Shown one piece after another: positions 7,468 to 16,583 of a stretch of DNA of 32,000 bases; position 1 is the stretch's first letter, and each line of letters begins with the position of its first letter. A program made the translations under genes and the position numbers. The DNA comes from Microcystis aeruginosa NIES-843 (GTDB taxonomy: Bacteria > Cyanobacteriota > Cyanobacteriia > Cyanobacteriales > Microcystaceae). The notes under the pieces were generated by a model, which saw nothing but the letters and a program-made list of their open reading frames with translations, did no database searches and was not told the DNA's origin. Where the stretch lies: positions 2,850,001 to 2,882,000 of the forward strand of contig NC_010296.1 in NCBI RefSeq assembly GCF_000010625.1, in the 5' to 3' direction.

Positions 7468-8777
7468 TCGGGTGCATCTCAATTTTGTAGAAATATCTAT
7501 ACTTTAGACGTTCATAATCTGAGATTTATTAAACTTCTGAAATCGTAGAGTCAGCAAGGAATCCAGTTCTTTTTTATGTTTCAAATGGGCATCATTCAAA
7601 CATTCATAAATGGCTGAAGAAAAGTCAGAAAAGTTTTCATAATATTTACCATATAAACATTTCTTTTTGACCAATTTCCACAGCCTTTCAATTAAATTTA
7701 GATTAGGTGAATAAGACGGCAGATAGAGCAGTTCTATTGACAAAGAAAGAGCTAATTCTTCAACAATTTTACATTTTTGATAGCGGGCATTATCTAAGAC
7801 TAGAGTGATGGGAATCATTAGTCCTAAAGCAGCTATTTTTTCAAGGAGTTCACAGACTTGAGTTGCCGTAATATAAGTGTCATTCGTAACCAGAATAACT
7901 TCATGAGTTATTGCATTTAATGCTCCTAAAACATTGAAGCGTTTACGCCCGCTCGGTGACTTAACAAAAAGTCTCTCAAAACACCAAACAAAACCGAGAA
8001 ATGCTCCCATGACGAAGTGAGCGGCATCAACAAAAAAAACAGCCCTTTTTCCTTCTTTAGCCTCATTTAGTCTGGGTTCTAGCTTTTTTTCTTTGTAGTC
8101 CTCTTGTTCATCTGGGTCAGCTTTAGAAGGAAGAGAACCTACTTTTAAACATTTCATTCCCATTGATTTTAAAAATTTTCTCACTTGGGTAGGACTTCGT
8201 TTTATTCCCGTCAATTCTTCTCTCCTATATACAGCTTCATTTATTGTGGCTGGTGGATTTTTCTCGAAGTATTTTTTGAGGGTTTCTTTTTGAGACTCTA
8301 ATTCACTTTTAGGGCGATAGAAGTTGATTTCTTTTAATTTTTCTATTCCGCCCTCTTGATAATCTCGAAGATAGGTTAATAAGGTATTTGGCGAGATTCC
8401 TGCTAACTGACAAATTTTTTGGTGCGGTATCTTTTGGCTTTTTAACCAGAGAACTTCCATCTTCAGTTGAACCCGGGGATGGGGATGATGAAATCTTTCA
8501 TAATACAGTGAGTTCTTTTCTTCTTCCGTGAATTCTAGGTTAATCATGTTTTTAATGAGTGCTTTGCTTCTAATTATGACTCTTAAACTATATTATTGTC
8601 CTTGAGTAAAAAATGCAAGTTGTAGCCGTGCAAAGTATATATTACAGGGCGCACGCGGTGCGCCCCTACTATTGGCGCAATAATATTATTGTAGGGGCGA
8701 ATTGCATTCGCCCTCTTTGAATAACTGCTGCTGCTCACCATAAGTGAGAGAAAGTCACAAATATCAGATGCACCCGA
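7468..8777 (-). mobile_element. IS630-family insertion sequence (approximate ends)
   Basis: Imperfect terminal inverted repeats TCGGGTGCATCT occur at 7468..7479 and as the reverse complement at 8766..8777. They enclose the transposase gene and a 230-bp leader. No clear TA duplication was seen. Confidence 0.6.
7504..8547 (-). CDS. IS630-family DDE transposase
   Basis: 347 aa with an N-terminal HTH. The DDE-type motifs are FFVDAAHF, LVLDNARYQ and LPSYSPNLNLIERLW. Confidence 0.9.
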   Translation of the reverse strand: MINLEFTEEEKNSLYYERFHHPHPRVQLKMEVLWLKSQKIPHQKICQLAGISPNTLLTYLRDYQEGGIEKLKEINFYRPKSELESQKETLKKYFEKNPPATINEAVYRREELTGIKRSPTQVRKFLKSMGMKCLKVGSLPSKADPDEQEDYKEKKLEPRLNEAKEGKRAVFFVDAAHFVMGAFLGFVWCFERLFVKSPSGRKRFNVLGALNAITHEVILVTNDTYITATQVCELLEKIAALGLMIPITLVLDNARYQKCKIVEELALSLSIELLYLPSYSPNLNLIERLWKLVKKKCLYGKYYENFSDFSSAIYECLNDAHLKHKKELDSLLTLRFQKFNKSQIMNV

Positions 8778-8794
8778 AAAATCTCCTCGCTTGA

Positions 8795-8828
8795 TAAAAA
8801 ATGCTGGGACAGAAATATTTTCTGTCCC
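8795..8828 (-). terminator. Rho-independent terminator of thrS (copy 1)
   Basis: On the minus strand, 23 nt after the thrS stop, lies GGGACAGAAA-ATA-TTTCTGTCCC. It is followed by AGCATTTTTTAT. Confidence 0.75.
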
Positions 8829-8851
8829 CATAGAATGAGATGAGCAAACGC

Positions 8852-10651
8852 TTAAAAATTACCGTGATTTTGGATGGCACTTTCTAATTTTGCCACCACT
8901 TCCTCGACGCTAATTACCCCTAAATCGCCCGTGGCACGGGTGCGAATACTTAAACTATTACTTTCCATTTCTTTTGCCCCCACCACTGCCATCACGGGGA
9001 TTTTTGCGGTTTCAGCATTGCGAATCATTTTACCCAAACGTTCGCCACTGGTATCGGTTTCGGCGCGAATTCCTAACAATTGCATTTTCGCTGTCACCTC
9101 TTTAGCGTAATCCAATTGAGTATCACTAACCGGTAATAATCGTATCTGGACAGGGGCTAACCAAAGAGGAAAATCCCCCGCGTATTCTTCGATTAAAATA
9201 CCGATTAAACGTTCCAAAGAACCAAAAGGTGCGCGATGAATCATCACCGGACGTTTACGATTACCATCTTCGGCAACATATTCTAGTTCAAAACGTTCGG
9301 GTAAATTATAATCTACCTGTACCGTTCCTAACTGCCATTCTCTTTCGAGGGCATCTTGGAAAATAAAGTCTAATTTTGGACCATAAAAAGCCGCTTCTCC
9401 GGGGGCTTCAAAATAATCCATCCCCAAAGTTTGCACCGCTTTTCTAATCGCTGATTGTGCCTTTTCCCAAGCTTCATCGGAACCGATATACTTATCCGAT
9501 TCGGGGTCACGAAAACTCAATCGCGCCTTAAAATTCTTTAATTGTAAACTCTTAAACACCGTCAAAATTAAATCAACAACGCTTAAAAATTCCTTGTCTA
9601 ATTGTTCGGGAGTGACAAACAAATGGGAATCATCGACGGTAAAACCGCGAACTCTAGTTAACCCCCCCAATTCTCCCGATTGTTCGTAACGATAAACTGT
9701 CCCGAATTCTGCCAGACGCATCGGCAATTCCCGATAGGATCTCAAATCACTTTTATAGATTTGAATATGAAAAGGACAGTTCATCGGTTTGAGGACAAAT
9801 CCTATTTCTTTACCAGCAGATTCCTCATCGTCTGCCATCATGGGAAACATATCTTCTTTGTACTTTTGCCAGTGACCGGAAATTTTAAACAAATCCACGC
9901 GAGCAATATGGGGAGTAACTACGGGTAAATAACCGCGTTTTAACTGTTCTTTTTTGAGAAAATCTTCTAACAAAGAACGAATTAAAGTTCCTTTGGGGGT
10001 CCATAAAGGCAACCCCGGCCCGACAGAATCAGAGAAAATAAATAAACCTAATTCTTTGCCTAATTTGCGATGGTCTCGTTTCAGTGCTTCTTCCTTGCGG
10101 CGCTTGTATTCGGCTAATTGTTGGGGATTTTCCCAAGCTGTGCCGTAAATGCGCTGTAATTGGGCTTTATTCTCATCCCCACGCCAATAAGCACCCGCTA
10201 CCGTCTCTAATTCGATCGCTTTTGGGTCTAGTTCGCTTGTATTATCTAGGTGCGGACCGGCGCACAAATCCCACCAAGCGTCACCAAGATGATAAAGGGT
10301 GATGGGTTCTTGAATTCCCGCCAGAATTTCCAGCTTATAGACCTCATTAATCGCTTTAATGCGCTTTTCCGCTTCTTCCCGAGAAACTTGCTCGCGAATC
10401 ACCGGCAGTTTTTTATTGATAATTTTGACCATCTCTTTTTTGATGTCCTTGAGATCCTTATCGGTAAAAGGTTCCGGCACATCAAAATCGTAGTAAAATC
10501 CGGTTTCAGTCCAAGGTCCGATAGTAACTTGGGCTTTTGGGAATAATTTTTGCACCGCCATGGCCATCACATGGGAGGTGGTGTGACGAATGCGCTTGAG
10601 GTGGTCGGATTCGCTGGTTTTCGGTAGTTTAATCGGGGCTTGGTTATCCAT
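8852..10651 (-). CDS. thrS: Threonyl-tRNA synthetase, paralog 1 (no upstream Fur/Zur-type box seen)
   Basis: 599 aa. Editing-domain motifs are HTTSH and WWDLCAGPH. Catalytic Zn-ligand contexts are MNCPFH, FTVDDSH and MIHRA. An anticodon-binding domain is present and there is no TGS domain. Confidence 0.95.
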   Translation of the reverse strand: MDNQAPIKLPKTSESDHLKRIRHTTSHVMAMAVQKLFPKAQVTIGPWTETGFYYDFDVPEPFTDKDLKDIKKEMVKIINKKLPVIREQVSREEAEKRIKAINEVYKLEILAGIQEPITLYHLGDAWWDLCAGPHLDNTSELDPKAIELETVAGAYWRGDENKAQLQRIYGTAWENPQQLAEYKRRKEEALKRDHRKLGKELGLFIFSDSVGPGLPLWTPKGTLIRSLLEDFLKKEQLKRGYLPVVTPHIARVDLFKISGHWQKYKEDMFPMMADDEESAGKEIGFVLKPMNCPFHIQIYKSDLRSYRELPMRLAEFGTVYRYEQSGELGGLTRVRGFTVDDSHLFVTPEQLDKEFLSVVDLILTVFKSLQLKNFKARLSFRDPESDKYIGSDEAWEKAQSAIRKAVQTLGMDYFEAPGEAAFYGPKLDFIFQDALEREWQLGTVQVDYNLPERFELEYVAEDGNRKRPVMIHRAPFGSLERLIGILIEEYAGDFPLWLAPVQIRLLPVSDTQLDYAKEVTAKMQLLGIRAETDTSGERLGKMIRNAETAKIPVMAVVGAKEMESNSLSIRTRATGDLGVISVEEVVAKLESAIQNHGNF

Positions 10652-10785
10652 GTCTTTTGAATTTACACCTTCTCTATTCTCTATTTTAATGGTAAAAGGA
10701 GTCTTTAGTCAGGAAAAAAATCAAGATAGATATCAATGCCATTTCCCCCCATCTCTAACCTCTAAACCCTCATCTCTATTTCCCG

Positions 10786-11706
10786 ATGAAAAAACTAATT
10801 TTATCCTGTTTATTTTTGGGATTGGTTGCTTGTAATGATGCGGTTAATACCACCGATAACCAAAAACCTAAGGTAATCTCCACTAGCACAATTATCGCCG
10901 ATTTAACCGCACGAGTAGGCGGTGAAGAAATTGACCATCAAGACATTTTAAAACCAGGGGATGATCCCCACGTTTATGAACCAGTTCCCGCCGATAGTGT
11001 GGCTTTAGAAAAAGCCGATTTAATTCTCTATAACGGTTATAATCTCGAACCGGGGTTAATTAAAATGATCGATTCTACGGCAGTTAAAGCGAAAAAAGTG
11101 GCTGTGGGAGAAGCCATTACACCTTTACAACTGGAAAAAGAAGGGCAGAAAGTACCCGATCCCCATGTTTGGGGTTCGGCAAAAAATGGCATAATCATGG
11201 TGAAAAAAATCCGAGATCAATTGATTGAATTAAGTCCCGAAGATAAAGAGATTTTTACTGAAAATGCCGCCCAATTAATCAGGGAATTAGAAAATCTTGA
11301 TCGCTGGATTACTGCGGCTATTAAAACTATCCCCCCTTCCCAAAGGCAATTAGTCACCACTCATGACGCTTTTCAGTATTATGCTCATGCCTATGGTTTA
11401 AAAGTTGCAGGAACTTTAATTGGCATTAGTACCGAAGAACAACCTAGCGCCCAAACGGTGAAAAATTTAGCCGATGCTATTAAAAATCTCCAGGTTCCTG
11501 CTATCTTTGCCGAGACCACTATTAATCCCGCTTTAATTACCACTGTAGCCGAAGAAGCGGGGGTAAAATTAGCACCAAAACAATTATATTCTGATTCGAT
11601 CGGCGCGGTGGGTACTAGGGGGGATAGTTATGTAAAAATGCTCAGGGAAAATACTCGCTCGATCGTGGAATCTTTAGGGGGAAAAGTACCTCAAGAAGGT
11701 CAATAG
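10786..11706 (+). CDS. Metal ABC transporter substrate-binding lipoprotein (ZnuA/TroA/MntC cluster A-I family)
   Basis: 306 aa with lipobox LGLVAC. Ligand contexts are DPHVYEP, DPHVWGS, THDAFQYY and YSDSIG. It has no His-rich loop, and no cognate permease or ATPase gene is adjacent. Confidence 0.85.
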   Translation: MKKLILSCLFLGLVACNDAVNTTDNQKPKVISTSTIIADLTARVGGEEIDHQDILKPGDDPHVYEPVPADSVALEKADLILYNGYNLEPGLIKMIDSTAVKAKKVAVGEAITPLQLEKEGQKVPDPHVWGSAKNGIIMVKKIRDQLIELSPEDKEIFTENAAQLIRELENLDRWITAAIKTIPPSQRQLVTTHDAFQYYAHAYGLKVAGTLIGISTEEQPSAQTVKNLADAIKNLQVPAIFAETTINPALITTVAEEAGVKLAPKQLYSDSIGAVGTRGDSYVKMLRENTRSIVESLGGKVPQEGQ

Positions 11707-11837
11707 ACCTCTTGTAAAAATCAAAAAATTGTCCTTAGAGTCAGGAGTTAGGAAGGCAGAAATACCGACAATCAGCAATTATCGGTGACTTTTAGATGAT
11801 GACAAATGGATCAGCAGCTGCCTGTAAGCATCCCACC

Positions 11838-11918
11838 GAAAAGCTAATGCGCGGGGGGTTTGGGGGCGGCGCCACGCCCCCAACGGGGGGTTTGGGGGGT
11901 AGAACCCCCCAAAAGCTT
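11838..11918. repeat. G/C-tract palindromic element bounded by AAAAGCT / AGCTTTT
   Basis: GGGGGGTTTGGGGG occurs twice. Hairpins are GGGGGCG-GCGCCA-CGCCCCC and GGGGGG-TAGAA-CCCCCC. It lies between convergent genes. Confidence 0.6.
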
Positions 11919-12008
11919 GGATTGAGGGAAAAAATCGAAAGTAACGCCCGACTTTAGCAGAGAGTTTCCCCTTAAAAATCCCAACTTAGTAGATTTACAA
12001 AGCGGGGT

Positions 12009-13112
12009 TTATTTCCCAAATCCTTTACCGCGATTGACAGCAGGTAAAATGAGACAACTGTTAATCTGTTCTTTTAGGGTTTCATGATCGAGATTTTGAC
12101 CGATAAGAACTAGCTGATTTTTGGGAGTACCTTTCCATTCGTCATCTTCGAGAGTAAAACGTTTGCCACTGAGGTGAAAAATATGACGTTTAGGACTTTC
12201 ATCAAACCAGAGAATACCCTTAGCGCGGAAAACGCTTTCCGGTAACTGATTATCGAGGAAATATTGGAACTTCCGAATCGAAAAAGGTTGGTCACTAGCA
12301 AAGGAAATAGAAGTAAATCCATCCACCTCTAAATGATTGGAATGGTCGTGATGATCATGATCGTGATCGTGGTGGTGATCATGGTCGTGATCATGATCGC
12401 AATGGTCGTGATCGTGGTCGTGGTGATCATGGTCGTGGTGTTCTTCTTCTGTGTCGAAATATTTATCCGATTCAAATAGTCCGACGCTGAGAATTAAGGG
12501 TAAAGGAACCTGACTTTTGCTAGTACGAAGAATTCTCGCTCCTTGCTTCATGTCCCGGATTCTTATTTCTAAAGAATCCACATCCGCTTCATCCACTAGA
12601 TCGGTTTTATTGAGAACAATAATATCACCGTAGGTGATTTGACTTAAGGCCGCTTGCGAGTTGAATAAATCGAGACTAAAATTGGCACAATCCACCATAG
12701 TGACAATGGAATCTAAACGGGTCATTTCCCGTAATTCTGTACCTAAAAAGGTTAAAGCTACCGGTAAAGGATCGGCTAATCCCGTGGTTTCTACGACTAA
12801 ATAATCGATTTTTTCGGGACGTTCGAGAATTTTATAAACTGCTTGAATTAAATCCTCGTTGATCGTGCAGCAAATACAGCCATTATTTAATTCTACCATG
12901 CTGTCATCACTACTGATAATCAGTTCATTATCGATACCGATTTCACCGAATTCATTGACAAGAACAGCAGTTTTTAATCCCTGTTGATTGCTGAGAATAT
13001 GATTGAGGAGAGTAGTCTTACCACTACCAAGAAACCCAGTAATAATTGTTACCGGTAGCCCTTTTTTTGGCACTGACATCGTGTTAATAGCTTGTGATTC
13101 GACGGTTTGCAT
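12009..13112 (-). CDS. COG0523-family metallochaperone GTPase (CobW/ZigA/YeiR-like) with His/Asp-rich tract
   Basis: 367 aa. Motifs are P-loop GFLGSGKTT, GCICC, ETTGLADP and LNKTD, plus a CobW_C-like C-terminus. A 36-residue tract, HHDHDHHDHDHDHCDHDHDHDHHHDHDHDHHDHSNH, lies at residues 225-260. Confidence 0.92.
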   Translation of the reverse strand: MQTVESQAINTMSVPKKGLPVTIITGFLGSGKTTLLNHILSNQQGLKTAVLVNEFGEIGIDNELIISSDDSMVELNNGCICCTINEDLIQAVYKILERPEKIDYLVVETTGLADPLPVALTFLGTELREMTRLDSIVTMVDCANFSLDLFNSQAALSQITYGDIIVLNKTDLVDEADVDSLEIRIRDMKQGARILRTSKSQVPLPLILSVGLFESDKYFDTEEEHHDHDHHDHDHDHCDHDHDHDHHHDHDHDHHDHSNHLEVDGFTSISFASDQPFSIRKFQYFLDNQLPESVFRAKGILWFDESPKRHIFHLSGKRFTLEDDEWKGTPKNQLVLIGQNLDHETLKEQINSCLILPAVNRGKGFGK

Positions 13113-13164
13113 AATGATTTGGGGGTGAGTATTCTGTCACTAAAAAGCGATTTTTCGGGATGAG

Positions 13165-13320
13165 ATAAGTAAGTGGTTTCAATTAAATTGAAGATAGATT
13201 TTGTCTTTGATCCCCCCTGCCCCCCTTGATAAGGGGGGTGCCGATAGGCGGGGGGATCCCCCCTTAATTCCCCCTTGATAAGGGGGGGGGATGTGACAAT
13301 TTTTAACATCCACTTACTTA
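13165..13320 (+). mobile_element. MITE copy C (same G/C-tract family)
   Basis: Termini are ATAAGTAAGTGG and CCACTTACTTA. The internal CCCCTTGATAAGGGGGGTGCCGATAGGCGGGGGGATCCCCCC matches copies A and B. Confidence 0.85.
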
Positions 13321-13367
13321 GCTAGTTTTTTTCGATCAAACAGTCTCCACTTGATCGCCGACTATTT

Positions 13368-13805
13368 TTATTGTAGATATTTTTGGACCACATCCCATCC
13401 TGTTAGGGTAACAAAAAGAAAACCCAGAAACAATAAAAGATTAGTGCCGATGTGGAGAGACCGCGCTAGAGGTGGACGAGTTGTAATGTTCAGGCCGCTA
13501 ATTGCCGAAACAAAAACCAGAAAAACCACCGATAAACCCGCTATCAGGTGGGAAGAGTGGCCTAAACTGCCATAATGACCGATTGTTCCCACTAATCCGA
13601 TTCCCAGCAGAATTAAGACCAAAGCAACCATGATCAGGCCGCTGAGGAGATGAAAGGATCTTAACCATTTCGGTCGAGATTGGCCCGCGAGTCGTCGATA
13701 ACCCATGTTTACCCCCGAAACCGCTAGTAAAAAATAGGCAAAGAGGGTAAATCCCATCGACCAAGCGGCAATTTTCCATAACCAGAGAAAGGAAGGGAGA
13801 TTCAT
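13368..13805 (-). CDS. Small four-TM membrane protein (possibly DUF4079-like)
   Basis: The ORF-track frame is used, with the start moved to Met23 (ATG 13805..13803). This avoids overlap with pepN and gives a hydrophobic N-terminus, MNLPSFLWLWKIAAW. The family call is from memory only. Confidence 0.6.
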   Translation of the reverse strand: MNLPSFLWLWKIAAWSMGFTLFAYFLLAVSGVNMGYRRLAGQSRPKWLRSFHLLSGLIMVALVLILLGIGLVGTIGHYGSLGHSSHLIAGLSVVFLVFVSAISGLNITTRPPLARSLHIGTNLLLFLGFLFVTLTGWDVVQKYLQ

Positions 13806-13893
13806 AGGGGTGGGATTATTATTAGCAAGGAAAGGGACGACCGATCGTGTTAATTTAAGTTTACCGGACAAAAATCAGCAAGTTAGGGCTAAT

Positions 13894-16446
13894 ATGTCTC
13901 ATCTCACCATCGACACAGAAAATAATCAGCGTCAACCCTTTGAGTTACCCGGGGCTAAACCCCATTATAACCCCGATCGACCCGGACAAGTTAATCATAT
14001 TTTTCTCGATTTAATTATTGATATTCCTCAACAAAGTTTTCAGGGCAGCTGTCAGATTACCCTCACCCCCATTCGTCAGGGAATTAGCAGTTTAACTCTG
14101 GACGCGGTGGATTTAAATATTAATTCTGTGTTCATTGAAGGTATCAGTCAACCCTTTGACTATGATCGTTCTCTTCTGACCATTCATCTGCTGCAACCCA
14201 CCACCGATAAACCGATTATCCTGACGATTAACTATCAGGTTAACCAACCACAACGGGGATTATATTTTATCGGCCCCGACGAATATTATCCCGATAAACC
14301 GATGCAAGTTTGGACCCAGGGAGAAGATGAAGATTCTCGCTTTTGGTTTCCCTGTTTTGATTACCCTGGCCAATTAGCCACTTCCGAAATTCGGGTTAAA
14401 ATTCCCCAACCCTATATCGCTATTTCTAACGGGGAATTAATCTCGGTGGAACCCGTTGGTGAGGACAGAATTTATCACTGGTCACAAAAGCAAATTCATC
14501 CCACCTATTTAATGACTCTTGCGGTGGGAGATTTTGCTGAATTATGCGACTCATGGAATGGTGTTCCTGTCACTTATTATGTGGAAAAAGGACGGGAAGA
14601 AGAGGGCCAAAGAAGTATGGGTAAAACTCCCCGCATGATCGAGTTTTTTAGCCAAAAGTTTGGTTATCCCTATCCCTATCCTAAATACGCACAAGTTTGT
14701 GTAGATGATTTTATTTTTGGTGGGATGGAAAATACTTCTACCACAATTTTAACCGATCGCTGTTTAATTGATCAAAGAGCCAGCATCGATCATACTTGGA
14801 CAGAAAGCTTAGTTGCCCATGAATTAGCTCATCAATGGTTCGGTGATTTAGTGGTGATTAAACACTGGTCTCACGCTTGGATTAAAGAGGGAATGGCCTC
14901 CTATTCTGAGGTTTTATGGACAGAATCGGAATACGGAAAAGCTGCTGGTAGTTATTATTTATTAGGGGAAGCAAGAAGTTATTTAGAAGAAGATACTTCC
15001 CGCTATCGTCGTCCGATTGTTACTCATGTTTATCGAGAAGCGATCGAACTTTATGATCGTCATCTCTACGAAAAAGGCGCTTGTGTTTATCACATGATCC
15101 GCTCTATTTTAGGGGAAGATTTATTCGGAAAAGCGATTCAGACTTTTGTGCGAGATAATGCCCATAAAACCGTGGAAACTGTGGACTTATTACGGGCGAT
15201 CGAAAAAGCGACCGGGTACAATTTATTATTCCTCTTTGATCAGTACGTTTATCGCGGTGGTCATCCCGATTATAAGGTGGCCTACAGTTGGGACAATCAG
15301 AATAATTTAGCCCAATTAACTGTCACCCAAACCCAGGACGAAAAAGAACTATTCGACTTGAAAATTCCCGTCGCTTTTGCCTATCTCAACTCTGAGGATA
15401 TTACCTACAATCTGCGGATTCACCAAAAAGAACAAACTTTCTATTTTCCCCTAGCACAAAAGCCCGATTTTGTCAAGTTCGATCGGGGTAATAATTTCCT
15501 CAAAACCGTCACTCTTGAGTATCCCATCGGTGAATTAAAAGCGCAATTACAACAGGATACCGATCCAATTTCCCGTATCTATGCAGCCATAGCCATTGCT
15601 AAAAAAGGCGGTTTAGAAGCGATCGAAGCTTTAGGGACATCCCTAGAAAATGAGCCTTTTTGGGGGGTGCGTGTGGAGGTGGCCAAACAGTTAGCAACTC
15701 TTGGTTTAGATCAGGCAGTTACTGCTTTAATTAAAGGTTTAAACGATGAAAAAGCACAAGTACGTCGGGCAGTTGTCGAGGGATTAAGTGAAATTAAAAC
15801 CTTAGATAGTTATAATGCGCTTAAATCCCTATTAGAAACTGGAGATGCTAGTTATTATGTGGAAGCGGCCGCGGCGCGAGGATTAGGCTCCATGGCCGTG
15901 GGACAATTGCAAAATAAAGAAGGGGAAATTATTGACCTGCTCAATCATGTTTTACAGTCAAGAAAGGGGTGGAATGAGGTAGTAAGAGCGGGCGCAATTG
16001 GCGGTTTAAGCCAGTTAAAAACCTCCCCGGCGGCTTTGGAGTCAATTTTGACCTACACAGCTTTAGGCACGCCTCAACCCCTGAGATTAGGGGCTATTCG
16101 GGCCCTGGGAGCGATTTCTTCGGGACAAAGCACGGATAAATTAACCGTAATTTTGGAACGTTTAGAAACCATTGCCAAGGAAACTTTTTTCTTGACGCAA
16201 GTGGCAGTGTGTAACGCTTTAGGACAGATAGAAAATGCCAAAGCTATCGTTATTTTACAAGCTTTGAGCGATCGAACTCCCGATGGTCGTGTCCGTCGTG
16301 TAGCCGAGGAAGCAGTACAAAAAGTCCAGAAAAAATTGGGTTCCGAGAAAGCAATTCAGGAAATTCGCGAGGAATTAGAAAAAATGAAACAGGAAAATCA
16401 GGAACTTAAAAGTCGTTTGACCAAATTAGAGGCGAAAAATGGTTAG
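13894..16446 (+). CDS. pepN: Aminopeptidase N (M1 family) with C-terminal HEAT-repeat region
   Basis: It has the GGMENTS exopeptidase motif and HELAHQWFGD...WIKEGMA (HEXXH-18-E). The C-terminal region carries repeated HEAT-like helices and a coiled-coil tail. ATG 13894 is preferred over the GTG at 13810. Confidence 0.9.
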   Translation: MSHLTIDTENNQRQPFELPGAKPHYNPDRPGQVNHIFLDLIIDIPQQSFQGSCQITLTPIRQGISSLTLDAVDLNINSVFIEGISQPFDYDRSLLTIHLLQPTTDKPIILTINYQVNQPQRGLYFIGPDEYYPDKPMQVWTQGEDEDSRFWFPCFDYPGQLATSEIRVKIPQPYIAISNGELISVEPVGEDRIYHWSQKQIHPTYLMTLAVGDFAELCDSWNGVPVTYYVEKGREEEGQRSMGKTPRMIEFFSQKFGYPYPYPKYAQVCVDDFIFGGMENTSTTILTDRCLIDQRASIDHTWTESLVAHELAHQWFGDLVVIKHWSHAWIKEGMASYSEVLWTESEYGKAAGSYYLLGEARSYLEEDTSRYRRPIVTHVYREAIELYDRHLYEKGACVYHMIRSILGEDLFGKAIQTFVRDNAHKTVETVDLLRAIEKATGYNLLFLFDQYVYRGGHPDYKVAYSWDNQNNLAQLTVTQTQDEKELFDLKIPVAFAYLNSEDITYNLRIHQKEQTFYFPLAQKPDFVKFDRGNNFLKTVTLEYPIGELKAQLQQDTDPISRIYAAIAIAKKGGLEAIEALGTSLENEPFWGVRVEVAKQLATLGLDQAVTALIKGLNDEKAQVRRAVVEGLSEIKTLDSYNALKSLLETGDASYYVEAAAARGLGSMAVGQLQNKEGEIIDLLNHVLQSRKGWNEVVRAGAIGGLSQLKTSPAALESILTYTALGTPQPLRLGAIRALGAISSGQSTDKLTVILERLETIAKETFFLTQVAVCNALGQIENAKAIVILQALSDRTPDGRVRRVAEEAVQKVQKKLGSEKAIQEIREELEKMKQENQELKSRLTKLEAKNG

Positions 16447-16583
16447 TTAACCTGAGTTATCAGTTATCAGTCAATATAAACACCGAATTTTGAACAATTA
16501 TGCAACAATTTATTCAACAGTTAAAAATCGATTTATCCTTGACAGTGATCTAGCAGTTTCATCATTTACTTTCCTAAATATCC

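Noticed and set aside
8583-8831. 82-aa minus-strand ORF between the IS630 transposase gene and thrS
   Set aside because: It spans hairpin repeats, the IS terminus and the thrS terminator, and its composition is implausible.
10721-10735. TCAAGATAGATATCA upstream of the ZnuA-like gene as a possible Zur box
   Set aside because: Only about 9 of 14 informative positions match TGATAATNATTATCA, and the left half is poor. It is too weak to call without a PWM scan.
8874-10835. Six plus-strand ORFs (64-98 aa) antisense to or overlapping thrS paralog 1
   Set aside because: They lie entirely within a strongly supported conserved gene on the other strand, have low-complexity or odd composition, and match no recognisable family.
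13113-13164. Search for a Fur/Zur operator upstream of the His-rich COG0523 gene (GTGACAGAATACTCAC)
   Set aside because: It is not a 7-1-7 palindrome, since only the outer GTGA/TCAC match. The region is followed directly by a MITE, so any native operator may have been displaced.
12110-13779. Minor ORFs 12110..12322, 13049..13309, 13351..13575 and 13498..13779
   Set aside because: They are alternative-frame or antisense ORFs inside the COG0523 gene, MITE copy C or the membrane-protein gene. None has independent support.
13806-13893. Overlapping N-terminal extensions of the membrane protein (to 13871) and pepN (GTG 13810)
   Set aside because: The two extensions overlap each other on opposite strands. 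Internal ATGs at 13805 and 13894 give non-overlapping genes with sensible N-termini.
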